IMG/VR virus record: IMGVR_UViG_3300017911_001818
Location: 1 to 64,000 of that record
Source: a virus
Taxonomy: Duplodnaviria; Caudoviricetes
Length of the DNA: 64,000 nucleotides
Strand: one strand, 5' to 3'
Below are positions 17,870 through 27,442 of this stretch, one piece after another. Numbering within the stretch: position 1 is the first letter of the stretch; every line of letters begins with the position of its first letter. The notes beneath the pieces are model-generated. The model was given only the letters and a program-made list of their open reading frames with translations, did no database searches and was not told where the DNA came from. The position numbers and the translations under genes were made by a program.

Positions 17870-18177
17870 TGGCTGCATACAAATATACAGAAGAACCTAC
17901 TGATACAAGAATGGATCGTATCGAGAGTAAGATTGACAAGCTCTCTGAAGTTCTCGTGCAAATGGCAAGGGTTGAAGAACGGCTCTTGAACCAAGAGGAG
18001 GACCATAAACACCTCCGTAAAGACATCAGTAATCTTTCTGATAAAGTAGCAGATATGGAAAAAGTGGTTCAAAAGAATCAAATCACCGTAAATATTATAA
18101 ATAGAATCAGTTGGATAATCATTACAGGCGTGGTGGGTGGTTTCGGCACCTTAATCACCTACCTGTTCAATAAGTAA
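17869..18177 (+). CDS. Coiled-coil protein with C-terminal TM helix
   Basis: Heptads then hydrophobic tail. Confidence 0.7.
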   Translation: MAAYKYTEEPTDTRMDRIESKIDKLSEVLVQMARVEERLLNQEEDHKHLRKDISNLSDKVADMEKVVQKNQITVNIINRISWIIITGVVGGFGTLITYLFNK

Positions 18178-18187
18178 GGAATAAAAA

Positions 18188-19204
18188 ATGTCAATGAGAA
18201 CAGCCATTATGGAAATGTATGGCGCCAAGAAGGTTAAACGTGAAGCCTGGGTGCCAGAAGGAATCGCAGACGAGGACGTATCTGACTTTATGGGAGCCGC
18301 AGCCGCTGCTAAGAAATCCGGTAAGAAAGAGTTTGAGTTTGGTGGTAAAAAATACAAAGTTACCATGAAAGATAAAACTGCTGATGAGATTGAAGAACGA
18401 GTAAAAGAAGCATTGGACGCCGATGACGTCGATACAGTTAAAGCAGTTATTAAAGGACTAAAAGGTGCTAGCAAATCTCATGCTGGACAAGCAAAGCAAC
18501 TTAAAAAAGACTTAGAAGATTCTGCTCATACAGAGATGGATCCAAAAAAACACGTTAAGTACAACGACGAAATGAAAATGTACTGCGTATATAATAAAGA
18601 TGGTAAGGTCGTTGCTAAATTTAAAGATGAGAAAGAAGCGAATGCATACGCAATGAAGAATCATGATGAACTGATGGGTAAAGAAGAGATGGATGAGGTT
18701 TCTTATAAGACAGCTATGAAGTCTTATCAAAAGGCGATGGGGCAGTCTAAAGATGCTGATGATGCAGGTGATAAGAAAACTGGCGATAAAAAATTCGATC
18801 AAGCGGTAAAGTTTGGTCGTTATGCCAATAAGAAGTTTCAATCTAGCAAGAACAAAAAGAAGCTGGTAAGAACTTTTACAGGAAAAGAGTCTGTAGAAGA
18901 AGCAGCTGCTCCCGGTTCTACTGCACAACATGGCCCGGACACTGCCACCTCTGATTCGTATGACAAGCAGTTAACTACACGTGGCGGTGAAAAAGAGTTT
19001 ACTGATAAGCATACAACTGAAGTTGCATATGATGCAGAAGAGCTATATAAAAAGAATCAAGAAGAAGCTGAAGCTGCATTAAAGAAAACTCCAGGAAGAC
19101 TTGGGGATCAAAAGAAAGGCGATACTTCTTTTGTTAACCCTCTTAAAGCTGAAATTATTGATGGTATTACTGCAGCTTTAGCTAAAATGAAAACAAATAG
19201 TTAA
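18188..19204 (+). CDS. Charged K/E-rich late protein, possibly virion-internal
   Basis: TATAAATA at 18096-18103; AAGGA RBS. Confidence 0.7.
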   Translation: MSMRTAIMEMYGAKKVKREAWVPEGIADEDVSDFMGAAAAAKKSGKKEFEFGGKKYKVTMKDKTADEIEERVKEALDADDVDTVKAVIKGLKGASKSHAGQAKQLKKDLEDSAHTEMDPKKHVKYNDEMKMYCVYNKDGKVVAKFKDEKEANAYAMKNHDELMGKEEMDEVSYKTAMKSYQKAMGQSKDADDAGDKKTGDKKFDQAVKFGRYANKKFQSSKNKKKLVRTFTGKESVEEAAAPGSTAQHGPDTATSDSYDKQLTTRGGEKEFTDKHTTEVAYDAEELYKKNQEEAEAALKKTPGRLGDQKKGDTSFVNPLKAEIIDGITAALAKMKTNS

Positions 19205-19209
19205 GGATA

Positions 19210-19593
19210 TTGAATATGTTAAAACCTCCTGCGTGGGCAAAAGATGCCAAGCCAACATCAAAAGGTTGGATTCATCCTAAGACTGGAGAGTTGTTGGTTT
19301 CTCGAAAGCATAGCGATAGAGAAATTACTGAATATTATATGGCTAAAGAAGAAGCAGTTGTTACAGCTGTTTCTGAGCCAGAGGCTGTAGTTCCAGATCC
19401 AGAGCCAATTATTGAAGCCGATCCTGCGCCAGAACCAGAGGCTGAATTGCTGACCGAAGCAGACCCAGATGTAGATCATTCGTCTTTGACTAAAGCTCAG
19501 TTAGTGGAACATGCTTTAGAAGTTCACGGAATCACGCTCGATTCTTCTATGACTAAAGCGCAAATGATCGAGGATCTTGAAGCTCAAATTTAA
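19210..19593 (+). CDS. Hypothetical protein with P/E linker
   Basis: GWIHPKTGELLV motif; twin TKAQ helices at C-terminus. Confidence 0.65.
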   Translation: MNMLKPPAWAKDAKPTSKGWIHPKTGELLVSRKHSDREITEYYMAKEEAVVTAVSEPEAVVPDPEPIIEADPAPEPEAELLTEADPDVDHSSLTKAQLVEHALEVHGITLDSSMTKAQMIEDLEAQI

Positions 19594-19596
19594 ATA

Positions 19597-19974
19597 ATGA
19601 ACATTTTAAGTGAAAAAATAGAAGTAACGGAAGAAAATTATCTAATCGTTGCCGCTAAACATTATCAGAACCCTCAGTGTACAAGCACTGAGGAGTTTTA
19701 TGATGATTTAAATAGAGTCAAATACATTAAACGCCTAATTAATAGGTACTTTGATACTCAGGAAATATCTGAGAGATTAATTATAAATCATATTATCGTC
19801 TTTTATAATGTTTTTGGTATTGAAATTGCGACAAAACTTCTTGCTGTTAAGTTAGAACACAAATACTGGCCAGTAATTAAATGTTTCTTAGTTAAGTTAA
19901 ACTATTTGACTTCTTCTGACTTAGCTGGTATTGATATGGATAAAAAAGTAATCGAGGCACTAAGGAAGATTTAA
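19597..19974 (+). CDS. T4-like hypothetical protein
   Basis: EEFYDDL.R.KYIKRL..ERLIINH.I..YNVFG. Confidence 0.75.
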   Translation: MNILSEKIEVTEENYLIVAAKHYQNPQCTSTEEFYDDLNRVKYIKRLINRYFDTQEISERLIINHIIVFYNVFGIEIATKLLAVKLEHKYWPVIKCFLVKLNYLTSSDLAGIDMDKKVIEALRKI

Positions 19975-20456
19975 TGGTCTCCATCATTACAGATACCATT
20001 TATACGTATAGATTCTTGAAGTTGTTGGTAACACCCTTCGACAAGACAGAAGCGTACAAGCTTGGTATCATTGATGAGAATGGTAAGAGAACCGATAAGA
20101 AGATTACCTCTTCTGAAGAGCGTGCCACCTTTACCCTTTTTCATAGGATTACATTTAATCTAAAAAGATTGCTTGGTGCATTTCCAGGAGGCAAAACACG
20201 TATTGCTTCTTATGCAGCTGCATTGGCTTTACTGAGAGAACAGTATGGCGTGGATTATAATTATGCTCTACAAGAGATGAATCTTGATCAAGAATATAGA
20301 GATGAGATCAAGACATTAGTTGAAGAGTACGATCCAAAGAAAAAGAAAAAGAAGAAAGAAAAGACAGAAGAGTACGGTACGACTACTGCTGATGTTGCAA
20401 CTAAACCAATGCCAATGAAGTTTAAAGCATTCTTGAAGCGTAAAAAGGAAGAATAA
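19974..20456 (+). CDS. T4-like hypothetical protein
   Basis: YRFLKLLVTPF..AYKLGIIDENG. Confidence 0.75.
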   Translation: MVSIITDTIYTYRFLKLLVTPFDKTEAYKLGIIDENGKRTDKKITSSEERATFTLFHRITFNLKRLLGAFPGGKTRIASYAAALALLREQYGVDYNYALQEMNLDQEYRDEIKTLVEEYDPKKKKKKKEKTEEYGTTTADVATKPMPMKFKAFLKRKKEE

Positions 20457-20912
20457 ATGTTTGCGCTTCTTGGATCTTTACTTGGCTTTGGAACCTCTTT
20501 TGCTCCCAAGATTTTAGAAACAATCAATAAAGGACAGGAGCAAAAGCACGAACTCGCTAAAATGAAAATGTCTGCAGAAATTAAGATGCAGATGCAAGAT
20601 GCTGAGTTCGATTACAAAAGAGATATGGCTGATCATGAAGAGCACAAAAGGCTCATCGAACATGATATCGCTATTTCACAAGAGACTGGATTTTTTGCTG
20701 GTCTTAAAAAGGGTGTTCGCCCAATTATCACCTATTGTTTCTTTGGATTCTTTTTATTCTATAAAGTAGTATTAGTTATGGAAGCGATTAAAGCTGGGCA
20801 AGATTTATCATCTATTTCAGATGTTATTTGGGATGAGCAATCACAAGCAATCTTTGCTGCGATTATCTCATTTTGGTTTGGTTCGAGAGCTATAGAAAAA
20901 GTTAAACGTTGA
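20457..20912 (+). CDS. Putative 3TM holin-like membrane protein
   Basis: VRPIITY and IISFWFGSR motifs. Confidence 0.6.
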   Translation: MFALLGSLLGFGTSFAPKILETINKGQEQKHELAKMKMSAEIKMQMQDAEFDYKRDMADHEEHKRLIEHDIAISQETGFFAGLKKGVRPIITYCFFGFFLFYKVVLVMEAIKAGQDLSSISDVIWDEQSQAIFAAIISFWFGSRAIEKVKR

Positions 20913-20937
20913 CATTTTCCTAAAACTTAGTTAATAT
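20909..20937 (+). promoter_or_regulatory. Sigma70-like promoter upstream of nrdJ
   Basis: TTGACA-N17-TAATAT. Confidence 0.5.
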
Positions 20938-20986
20938 AAGTAATCAACCTAATCTAAATCCACATTCAAATTAAGAGGTGCGTTCT

Positions 20987-23203
20987 ATGACAAATAGTCT
21001 AGACATGAGGGATTTTTTATCCCAAACAAAGTTTTACGAGTCTTACTCCAGATATATTGATGATGAAAACCGTTATGAGAGTTGGGACGAATCTGTCGAT
21101 CGTGTCATGGCTATGCATAGAGGATATTACGAAGATAAGTTGTCGGAAGCTCTTGAAGTCGAGCTGGTCAGAGCTACTGTAGCATACAAAGAAAAGCGTG
21201 TACTTGGTGCACAACGTGCCCTGCAGTTTGGTGGTGACCAGCTGCTCAAGCATCAGATGAAGATGTATAATTGTACTTCTTCTTATGTGGATCGTGCAGA
21301 ATTTTTCGGCGAATATTTCTATATTCTACTTTGTGGTGCAGGAGCAGGTTTCTCTGTTCAAACGCATCATGTGAATAAGCTGCCTGAAGTTGCTGAACGT
21401 AAGAAACAAGCAAAAGGTTATGTTGTTGAAGACTCTATTGAAGGTTGGGCTTCTGCTCTTGACGTTCTGATGTCTTCGTATTTTGTTGGTGGTGGCACTC
21501 ATCCAGAGTTTGAAGGTCGCCGTGTATTCTTCGACCTGACTAATATTCGACCAAAAGGTGCAAAGATCTCCGGAGGCTTTAAAGCTCCTGGTCCAGACGG
21601 TCTACGTCAGGCACTGGACCGTATTGAATATTTGATTCAAGGAGTTATCCTTAAAAATAAAAGTCCCGTCCAGCTCTCTGCAATCAACGTCTACGATATT
21701 TGTATGCATGTAGCAGATGCTGTTCTGTCTGGCGGTGTGCGTCGTTCGGCCACTATTTGTCTGTTCTCTCCAGATGATGAAGAGATGATGAATGCTAAGA
21801 CTGGTAACTGGTTTGTAGATAACCCACAACGTGCACGCTCTAATAACTCTGCTGTGATTGTTCGTAAGGAAACGACTGAAGAGCAGTTCATGAATATCAT
21901 GGATAGTATTAAACAGTTTGGCGAACCAGGATTTGTATTTGTAGAATCTACCGAACATACAACTAATCCATGTGTTGAGATTGGTATGTTCCCGCAGATT
22001 AATGGAAACTCTGGCTGGCAAGGATGTAATCTTACAGAGATTAATGGTGGTCAGTGTGTAGATGAGGAGTCGTTCTACAAGGCTTGTGAAGCAGCCGCTA
22101 TTCTGGGAACACTTCAAGCTGGTTATACAGACTTTAAATTCCTTCCGGATACAACTAAAGAAATCTTTGATCGTGAAGCTCTGCTCGGGGTCTCGATCAC
22201 TGGTTGGATGAATAATCCGGATATTCTTTTTAATGATAAAATTCTTGAGAAAGGAGCCAAAGTTGTTAAGGAGACTAATAAAAGAGTTGCTAATCTTCTT
22301 GGGATTAACGCTGCTGCTCGGACTACTTGCGTTAAGCCTTCTGGCAATGCTTCTGTACTTTTGGGTACTGCAAGTGGAATTCACGCTGAACACTCTAAAC
22401 AGTATATTCGTAACGTCCAATTAAATAAAGAGTCTGAAGTGGCTCAGGTCATTGCTAAAACCAATCCTGAAATGGTTGAAGACTCTGTTTGGTCTGCTGG
22501 TGGGACTGATTGGGTTGCATCTTTCCCTATTACACCAAAGACAGGCTCTGTTCTCAAAGATGATTTGATTGGTGTTAAGCATCTGGAACTTGTTAAGAAA
22601 GCTCAAAACTATTGGGTGAATGCTGGTAAGAATCCAGAACTCTGTGCCGATCCAACTGTATCTCATAACGTATCAAACACTATTCTAGTAGAGGACTGGG
22701 ACGATGTTGCAAAATATGTTTATAGCAATCGGGATCACTTTGCTGGTATTTCTTTCTTGTCTACTTCTGGGGATAAAGATTTTAATCAAGCGCCAAACAC
22801 TGAAGTTATCGACGCTGAAGAAATGGTTAAAAAGTATGGCGTCGCAGCTGTTCTCGCTTCTGGGCTTGTCGTAGATGGGCTTGCTGCCTTTAATGATCTC
22901 TGGATGGCAACTTCAACTGCTCAGGGATATGGTGAAGATATCTCTGCAGAAAGCTCGAAGAATACTCTGAAGAAAGATTGGGTCCGTCGGTTCGAATCTT
23001 TTGCTGATAAATACCTTGAAGGCGACAGAAAGAAAACTGAGTATTGTTTGAAAGATGCTTATCTGATTCATAAATGGCAGAAGATTGAACGTTCTTATCA
23101 GCAAATCGACTGGATTTCTGAGCTGTCAGAGAAAAAGTTTACAGACGTAGATACACTAGGCGCTGCTGCATGTGCTGGCGGAGCCTGTGAGATCGATTTC
23201 TAA
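20987..23203 (+). CDS. nrdJ: Class II (adenosylcobalamin-dependent) ribonucleotide reductase
   Basis: NCT, TNPCVEI, CVKPSGNAS, C-terminal CAGGACE; no ATP cone and no adjacent nrdB. Confidence 0.85.
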   Translation: MTNSLDMRDFLSQTKFYESYSRYIDDENRYESWDESVDRVMAMHRGYYEDKLSEALEVELVRATVAYKEKRVLGAQRALQFGGDQLLKHQMKMYNCTSSYVDRAEFFGEYFYILLCGAGAGFSVQTHHVNKLPEVAERKKQAKGYVVEDSIEGWASALDVLMSSYFVGGGTHPEFEGRRVFFDLTNIRPKGAKISGGFKAPGPDGLRQALDRIEYLIQGVILKNKSPVQLSAINVYDICMHVADAVLSGGVRRSATICLFSPDDEEMMNAKTGNWFVDNPQRARSNNSAVIVRKETTEEQFMNIMDSIKQFGEPGFVFVESTEHTTNPCVEIGMFPQINGNSGWQGCNLTEINGGQCVDEESFYKACEAAAILGTLQAGYTDFKFLPDTTKEIFDREALLGVSITGWMNNPDILFNDKILEKGAKVVKETNKRVANLLGINAAARTTCVKPSGNASVLLGTASGIHAEHSKQYIRNVQLNKESEVAQVIAKTNPEMVEDSVWSAGGTDWVASFPITPKTGSVLKDDLIGVKHLELVKKAQNYWVNAGKNPELCADPTVSHNVSNTILVEDWDDVAKYVYSNRDHFAGISFLSTSGDKDFNQAPNTEVIDAEEMVKKYGVAAVLASGLVVDGLAAFNDLWMATSTAQGYGEDISAESSKNTLKKDWVRRFESFADKYLEGDRKKTEYCLKDAYLIHKWQKIERSYQQIDWISELSEKKFTDVDTLGAAACAGGACEIDF

Positions 23204-23212
23204 GGAGTTCTT

Positions 23213-23362
23213 ATGAAGTATAAAATTGAATGTCCTCATTGTGAAGCGGAGTCAGTGATTCATGTAGAAGATAATTCGCTTCCAGAATATTGTCCTGTTT
23301 GCGGAGATGAGGTTCCTGAAGAAAATAGACTTGAATATGAAGAAGGATGTCTTTGTATCTAA
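23213..23362 (+). CDS. Small zinc-ribbon protein (not in ORF track)
   Basis: CPHC and CPVC; AAGGAG RBS. Confidence 0.7.
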   Translation: MKYKIECPHCEAESVIHVEDNSLPEYCPVCGDEVPEENRLEYEEGCLCI

Positions 23363-23369
23363 ATTAATA

Positions 23370-23404
23370 AATAGCCTTAGATTAATTTCTAAGGCTATTT
23401 TTTT
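23370..23404 (+). terminator. Intrinsic terminator
   Basis: AATAGCCTTAGA-loop-TCTAAGGCTATT followed by T-run. Confidence 0.65.
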
Positions 23405-24037
23405 ATGATTGTGTTATACTCATTTCCTGGTTCTGGGCGAACATGGCTTCGGAAAATGTTAAGCGATTTAAAATGTGAGTATGAGTATGAATTTTCTCAT
23501 GGTTTTAGAGAACATGATAAATTTATAATACATAATCATTTACTTTTTAAATCTAAAAAATTTATATACTTAATCAGAGATCCATTTGACACTTTAATTT
23601 CCCAATATTTAAAGAGATCTAAAAAAATTACTTTAGAAGAGGCGTTATTTGATAAATGTATAAAGCACAATGTGTTTTATGAATATAGTTATATGCAGCA
23701 TTTTAAAAGTAATATATGGGAAGATATTTTATTACATCACATTTCAGCAATAAAATATAAAAATATTCATCCAGATTTTACATTAATTAGATACGAGAAT
23801 CTAATAAGAAGTAATGGACTAGAAGAATTTAAAAAAATTATTTTTAATAAAAGTAAATCTGAAATATCAAAAGCTTGGTTTTATGAACAAGAAAAAAAGT
23901 CTACGCTATTAAACGGTGGAGGTTCAGGAAAAGGGTTAAAATATTTAAACAATTATCATTTGAATATTTTACATGATGTTATGAATAAATATGATTATCA
24001 TAATAAAATGAAAGAACTATATGACCTGGATTTATAA
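23405..24037 (+). CDS. Sulfotransferase-domain protein
   Basis: SFPGSGRTWL (5'-PSB), IRDPFDTLIS (3'-PB), RYENL. Confidence 0.75.
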   Translation: MIVLYSFPGSGRTWLRKMLSDLKCEYEYEFSHGFREHDKFIIHNHLLFKSKKFIYLIRDPFDTLISQYLKRSKKITLEEALFDKCIKHNVFYEYSYMQHFKSNIWEDILLHHISAIKYKNIHPDFTLIRYENLIRSNGLEEFKKIIFNKSKSEISKAWFYEQEKKSTLLNGGGSGKGLKYLNNYHLNILHDVMNKYDYHNKMKELYDLDL

Positions 24038-24443
24038 TGGAAAAGTGTATGACCCCGAGAGCCCTCCAGAAGAGTATGCAGGATTTGTTTACCGTATAAC
24101 AAACTTGTCTAACAACATGAAGTATATCGGCAAGAAGATCCTCTGGAGCCGTAGAAGAGTAAAGCAAAAAGGAAAGACCCGTAGGAAAATTGTAATAAAA
24201 GAATCAGATTGGCGCAACTACTATGGATCAAATATCTCTCTCAAAGAAGAAGTTAAAAAGAATGGCCCAGATAAATACAAGAGAGAAATATTAAAATTCT
24301 GCAGAACTAAAGGCGAATGTTCTTACTACGAAGCTAAACTGCAGTTTGACAATGATGTATTACTAAGAGACGATTACTATAACGAGTTGATTATGTGTAG
24401 AGTCAACTCCAAACACATTAGGAGTGACAATGGTGACGAGTAG
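24021..24443 (+). CDS. GIY-YIG family endonuclease
   Basis: GFVYRITN..KYIGKK, YYGS. Confidence 0.8.
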   Translation: MTWIYNGKVYDPESPPEEYAGFVYRITNLSNNMKYIGKKILWSRRRVKQKGKTRRKIVIKESDWRNYYGSNISLKEEVKKNGPDKYKREILKFCRTKGECSYYEAKLQFDNDVLLRDDYYNELIMCRVNSKHIRSDNGDE

Positions 24444-24861
24444 AATTACATATAATGTTTTTGAAATTTTAGAGAAAGTATCTGCTGCAAAGAAAAAAGC
24501 AGATAAAATTAAAATCTTAAAAGAAAACGAATCTACAGCCTTGCTTACCGTACTACAAGGCTGCTATCATCCAAGGATTAAATTATCCTTGCCTGAAGGT
24601 GCACCACCTTACGAGGCTTGTGACGCACACAACGCTCCATCTAATCTTCATAAAAAATGGAAAGACTTTGGTTATCTTACCGGAAAACAAGCTCAAAAGC
24701 TCGGTAAAATCAAAGTAGAAAGAATGTTTATTCAGCTTCTTGAGTCGATCCACCCTCAAGATGCTAAAATCGTATTGCAGATGAAAGACAAAAAACCTTT
24801 CAAGGGTCTAACCACTGCAGTTGTACAGGAGGCATACCCTAATTTGATTCCGCCTGTATAA
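24430..24861 (+). CDS. T4-like hypothetical protein
   Basis: LPEGAPPY, ERMFIQLLESIHP. Confidence 0.75.
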   Translation: MVTSRITYNVFEILEKVSAAKKKADKIKILKENESTALLTVLQGCYHPRIKLSLPEGAPPYEACDAHNAPSNLHKKWKDFGYLTGKQAQKLGKIKVERMFIQLLESIHPQDAKIVLQMKDKKPFKGLTTAVVQEAYPNLIPPV

Positions 24862-24896
24862 TATATTATGATAACAATAATAAAGGATCTCTATAT

Positions 24897-25070
24897 ATGG
24901 TTTCTCAACTCGAAAGACTTAGAAAAGATTACCGTGAACTTCAAAATTATGAATACAAAATGAATAAACAAGGGAAGTTTGATGTAGTCAAAAAACTAAA
25001 GTTAAAACGAGATTTCTTGGGAAGGTCAATTAATGATTTAGAGGAGCAAATTTCTGCTTTTTCTTCTTGA
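24897..25070 (+). CDS. Small coiled-coil protein (not in ORF track)
   Basis: AAGGA RBS; 57 aa. Confidence 0.55.
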   Translation: MVSQLERLRKDYRELQNYEYKMNKQGKFDVVKKLKLKRDFLGRSINDLEEQISAFSS

Positions 25071-25166
25071 CTAAGTAGAAATTCTAATATATAATACAGT
25101 TGCTGTTGGGGTCGGGAGAATATACACTCTTACCTCAACAGCTTTTATTAATTTTTGGAGTATGTT

Positions 25167-25763
25167 ATGGGAAATTCAAGCAACATCGCCGAAAAGGTCA
25201 TTTTAACAGATTGCGATGGCGTGCTTGTCGATTGGCTTTTTGGATTCAAACAGTTTATGGCAGAACGTGGTTATGCTGAACAAGACGATACTGGATATGC
25301 TATTTGGAAACGTTATGGTTTCATTAACAAAGAAGCAGGTGAAGGTCTCGTTCGTGAGTTTAACAACTCTGCCGCTATGGCATACCTGACTCCGCACTTA
25401 GATGCAGTCAAGTATGTTAAGAAGTTGCATGAAGAATGCGGTTATGTTTTGCGTGTTATCACTTCTATGTCTTTGAATAAGTATGCATACAAAGCACGTC
25501 TACAGAACCTTCATGCTCTGTTTGGTGAAACTGTTATTGATGAGCTTGTTTGTCTTGATACAGGCGCTGATAAAGATGATGCACTTGAGCAATATCGTGG
25601 TACAGGCTGTATTTGGGTTGAAGATAAGTATAAAAACGCTCAGCTTGGAAAAGATTTCGGACTCGACGCTTTTTTGATTGACTTACCGCACAATAGGAAG
25701 TATAATTTTGATAATCGTATCTCAGGCTGGAAAGATATTTATAATTATATTGTCGGAGAATAA
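25167..25763 (+). CDS. HAD-superfamily 5'-nucleotidase-like (T4 gp30.2-like)
   Basis: TDCDGVLVDW, VITS, WVEDK. Confidence 0.8.
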   Translation: MGNSSNIAEKVILTDCDGVLVDWLFGFKQFMAERGYAEQDDTGYAIWKRYGFINKEAGEGLVREFNNSAAMAYLTPHLDAVKYVKKLHEECGYVLRVITSMSLNKYAYKARLQNLHALFGETVIDELVCLDTGADKDDALEQYRGTGCIWVEDKYKNAQLGKDFGLDAFLIDLPHNRKYNFDNRISGWKDIYNYIVGE

Positions 25764-25786
25764 CGAAAACTTAAAAGGAAGTAAAG

Positions 25787-26311
25787 ATGAAAAGAATTTT
25801 TGCCGCTCTAAGCTTAATTAGCGTTGGTGCATGCGCTACTCCAGCTGCAGCGGAGACTGCAATCGTAGTAGATGTAGAACCTAACTTGATCGAAGTGGTT
25901 CGCAGTGTTCCTGTAACGAAATGTAGGACAGCTCAAGTGCCAATCTATGAACAAGTAGACGGTGAAGGCGCTACTGGTCTACAAGTCCTTTTTGGCACAC
26001 TGTTTGGTGGTTTAGCTGGTAAAGCTCTTACTGATAAAGATGAAGGCGCTGTTGCTGGTGCAGTTATCGGAGGAGTAGTTGCGGCTGAAGCAGGTCGTGC
26101 ACCAGAACTTCGTATTGTAGGATATGAAGATAAAGAAATTTGCACGAATAGCTATGTTCAACGTACTGAATCTGTTACTAAAGATTATACTATTCAATAC
26201 GAATGGAATGGTTACCGAGGAAGAGGTTTGGTCGATAACCAATATGAAGTTGGTGATGAAATCGAAGTGAATGTTTCTGTGACTATCTGTCGCAGTAAAA
26301 ATTGTAATTAA
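25787..26311 (+). CDS. Glycine-zipper 2TM exported/membrane protein
   Basis: Signal peptide; GTLFGGLAG..GAVAGAVIGG. Confidence 0.75.
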   Translation: MKRIFAALSLISVGACATPAAAETAIVVDVEPNLIEVVRSVPVTKCRTAQVPIYEQVDGEGATGLQVLFGTLFGGLAGKALTDKDEGAVAGAVIGGVVAAEAGRAPELRIVGYEDKEICTNSYVQRTESVTKDYTIQYEWNGYRGRGLVDNQYEVGDEIEVNVSVTICRSKNCN

Positions 26312-26319
26312 TTTATTAT

Positions 26320-26396
26320 CTGCCCGTAGCTCAGCTGGATAGAGCAACGGATTTCTAATCCGTGGGTCGAGGGTTCGAATCCTTCCGGGCAGGCCA
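26320..26396 (+). tRNA. tRNA-Arg(TCT)
   Basis: CTGCCCG/CGGGCAG acceptor stem, ACGGA-ttTCTaa-TCCGT, GTTCGAATC, CCA. Confidence 0.93.
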
Positions 26397-26404
26397 TTAT
26401 TACC

Positions 26405-26480
<76 letters not shown>

Positions 26481-26497
26481 TTTTTAAAGGAAAAAAG

Positions 26498-26695
26498 ATG
26501 AAAGAACAATTGGTAAAAGCGGCTCGCATGCATGCAGAAGGAGAGTTGGAAAGAGCGAAAACTAATATTTTAGTATATATGAATCAGTCCGTAGGTATCG
26601 GAGAACACAGCGATATCGTTGAAGCGATTCAAGAAGAATTGGATAAAATGGCCGCAGCTAATGATCGTATAGAAATGTTGGATAAGTATTTTTAA
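26498..26695 (+). CDS. Small phage protein
   Basis: AAGGA RBS; VGIGEHSDI motif. Confidence 0.75.
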   Translation: MKEQLVKAARMHAEGELERAKTNILVYMNQSVGIGEHSDIVEAIQEELDKMAAANDRIEMLDKYF

Positions 26696-26698
26696 ATT

Positions 26699-27205
26699 AT
26701 GAAAGACTTAGTAGTTATCGACGAATTCTTACCAAAAAAAGAACATCGGGCGATCTATGAACGTTTAATGATGAGAGAGTGGAAGGCTGTTAACGATACC
26801 CCTGACGATCCTCTTTCTGATAATTCCGGATATGTCTCTCATGTAAGCTTTACTGATATATCAACTCAGACAATAATCCATAATTGTCTAGAGTATGATT
26901 CTTTGAGAAAAATTGTACAAAATAAACATAGAGCCTCAATATATAATAAATATGACCCAAAGACTCCTACTTATTTTCACACTGATGCAATAGGTGGTCA
27001 TACATTAATTTATTTTCCGGATATAGCTAAATATGATTTTATGATGTCAGGAGAAACGCAAATCTTAATTAATGATCAGATCACAGGAGTTCTACCTATA
27101 CCTAACAGATTGATGGCGTTTCCCGGATCGCTTTGGCACAAGGGAACTTCATTTACAAGTAATCAACCTAGATACTCTTTCGCAATTCAATTTAAAGATA
27201 TATAA
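26699..27205 (+). CDS. 2OG-Fe(II) oxygenase
   Basis: FHTD, PNRL..F...WH, RYS. Confidence 0.75.
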   Translation: MKDLVVIDEFLPKKEHRAIYERLMMREWKAVNDTPDDPLSDNSGYVSHVSFTDISTQTIIHNCLEYDSLRKIVQNKHRASIYNKYDPKTPTYFHTDAIGGHTLIYFPDIAKYDFMMSGETQILINDQITGVLPIPNRLMAFPGSLWHKGTSFTSNQPRYSFAIQFKDI

Positions 27206-27208
27206 AAG

Positions 27209-27442
27209 ATGCCAGTTTATACATTTAAAGATAAAGAAACACAGGAACATTTCGAGGTTAATATGCCTTTGGAAGAGTTTAAATCTTTTCTACAGGGCAA
27301 TCCAGAATACGCCCAAGTGTTTAAAATGCCAGCTACAATTTCTGGCAGGATGTCAACACATCGTTTAGCTGGTCAGGGCTGGCAAGATATTTTGAAAAAA
27401 GTTAAGTCTAACTCGGGTAAAAAAAATACAATCAATGTCTAG
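27209..27442 (+). CDS. FmdB-like small protein
   Basis: MPVYTF start; position upstream of phoH. Confidence 0.6.
   Translation: MPVYTFKDKETQEHFEVNMPLEEFKSFLQGNPEYAQVFKMPATISGRMSTHRLAGQGWQDILKKVKSNSGKKNTINV

Noticed and set aside
21602-22420. Long antisense ORFs (also 47322-48242, 14702-15271, 11892-12368)
   Set aside because: Antisense shadows of codon-biased real genes; no RBS or recognisable motifs
20987-23203. Intron or intein in nrdJ, uvsX or gp41
   Set aside because: ORFs are continuous and of normal length with no splicing motifs seen
24021-24443. Mobile homing endonuclease
   Set aside because: Only the catalytic GIY-YIG domain, no DNA-binding extension; mobility cannot be supported
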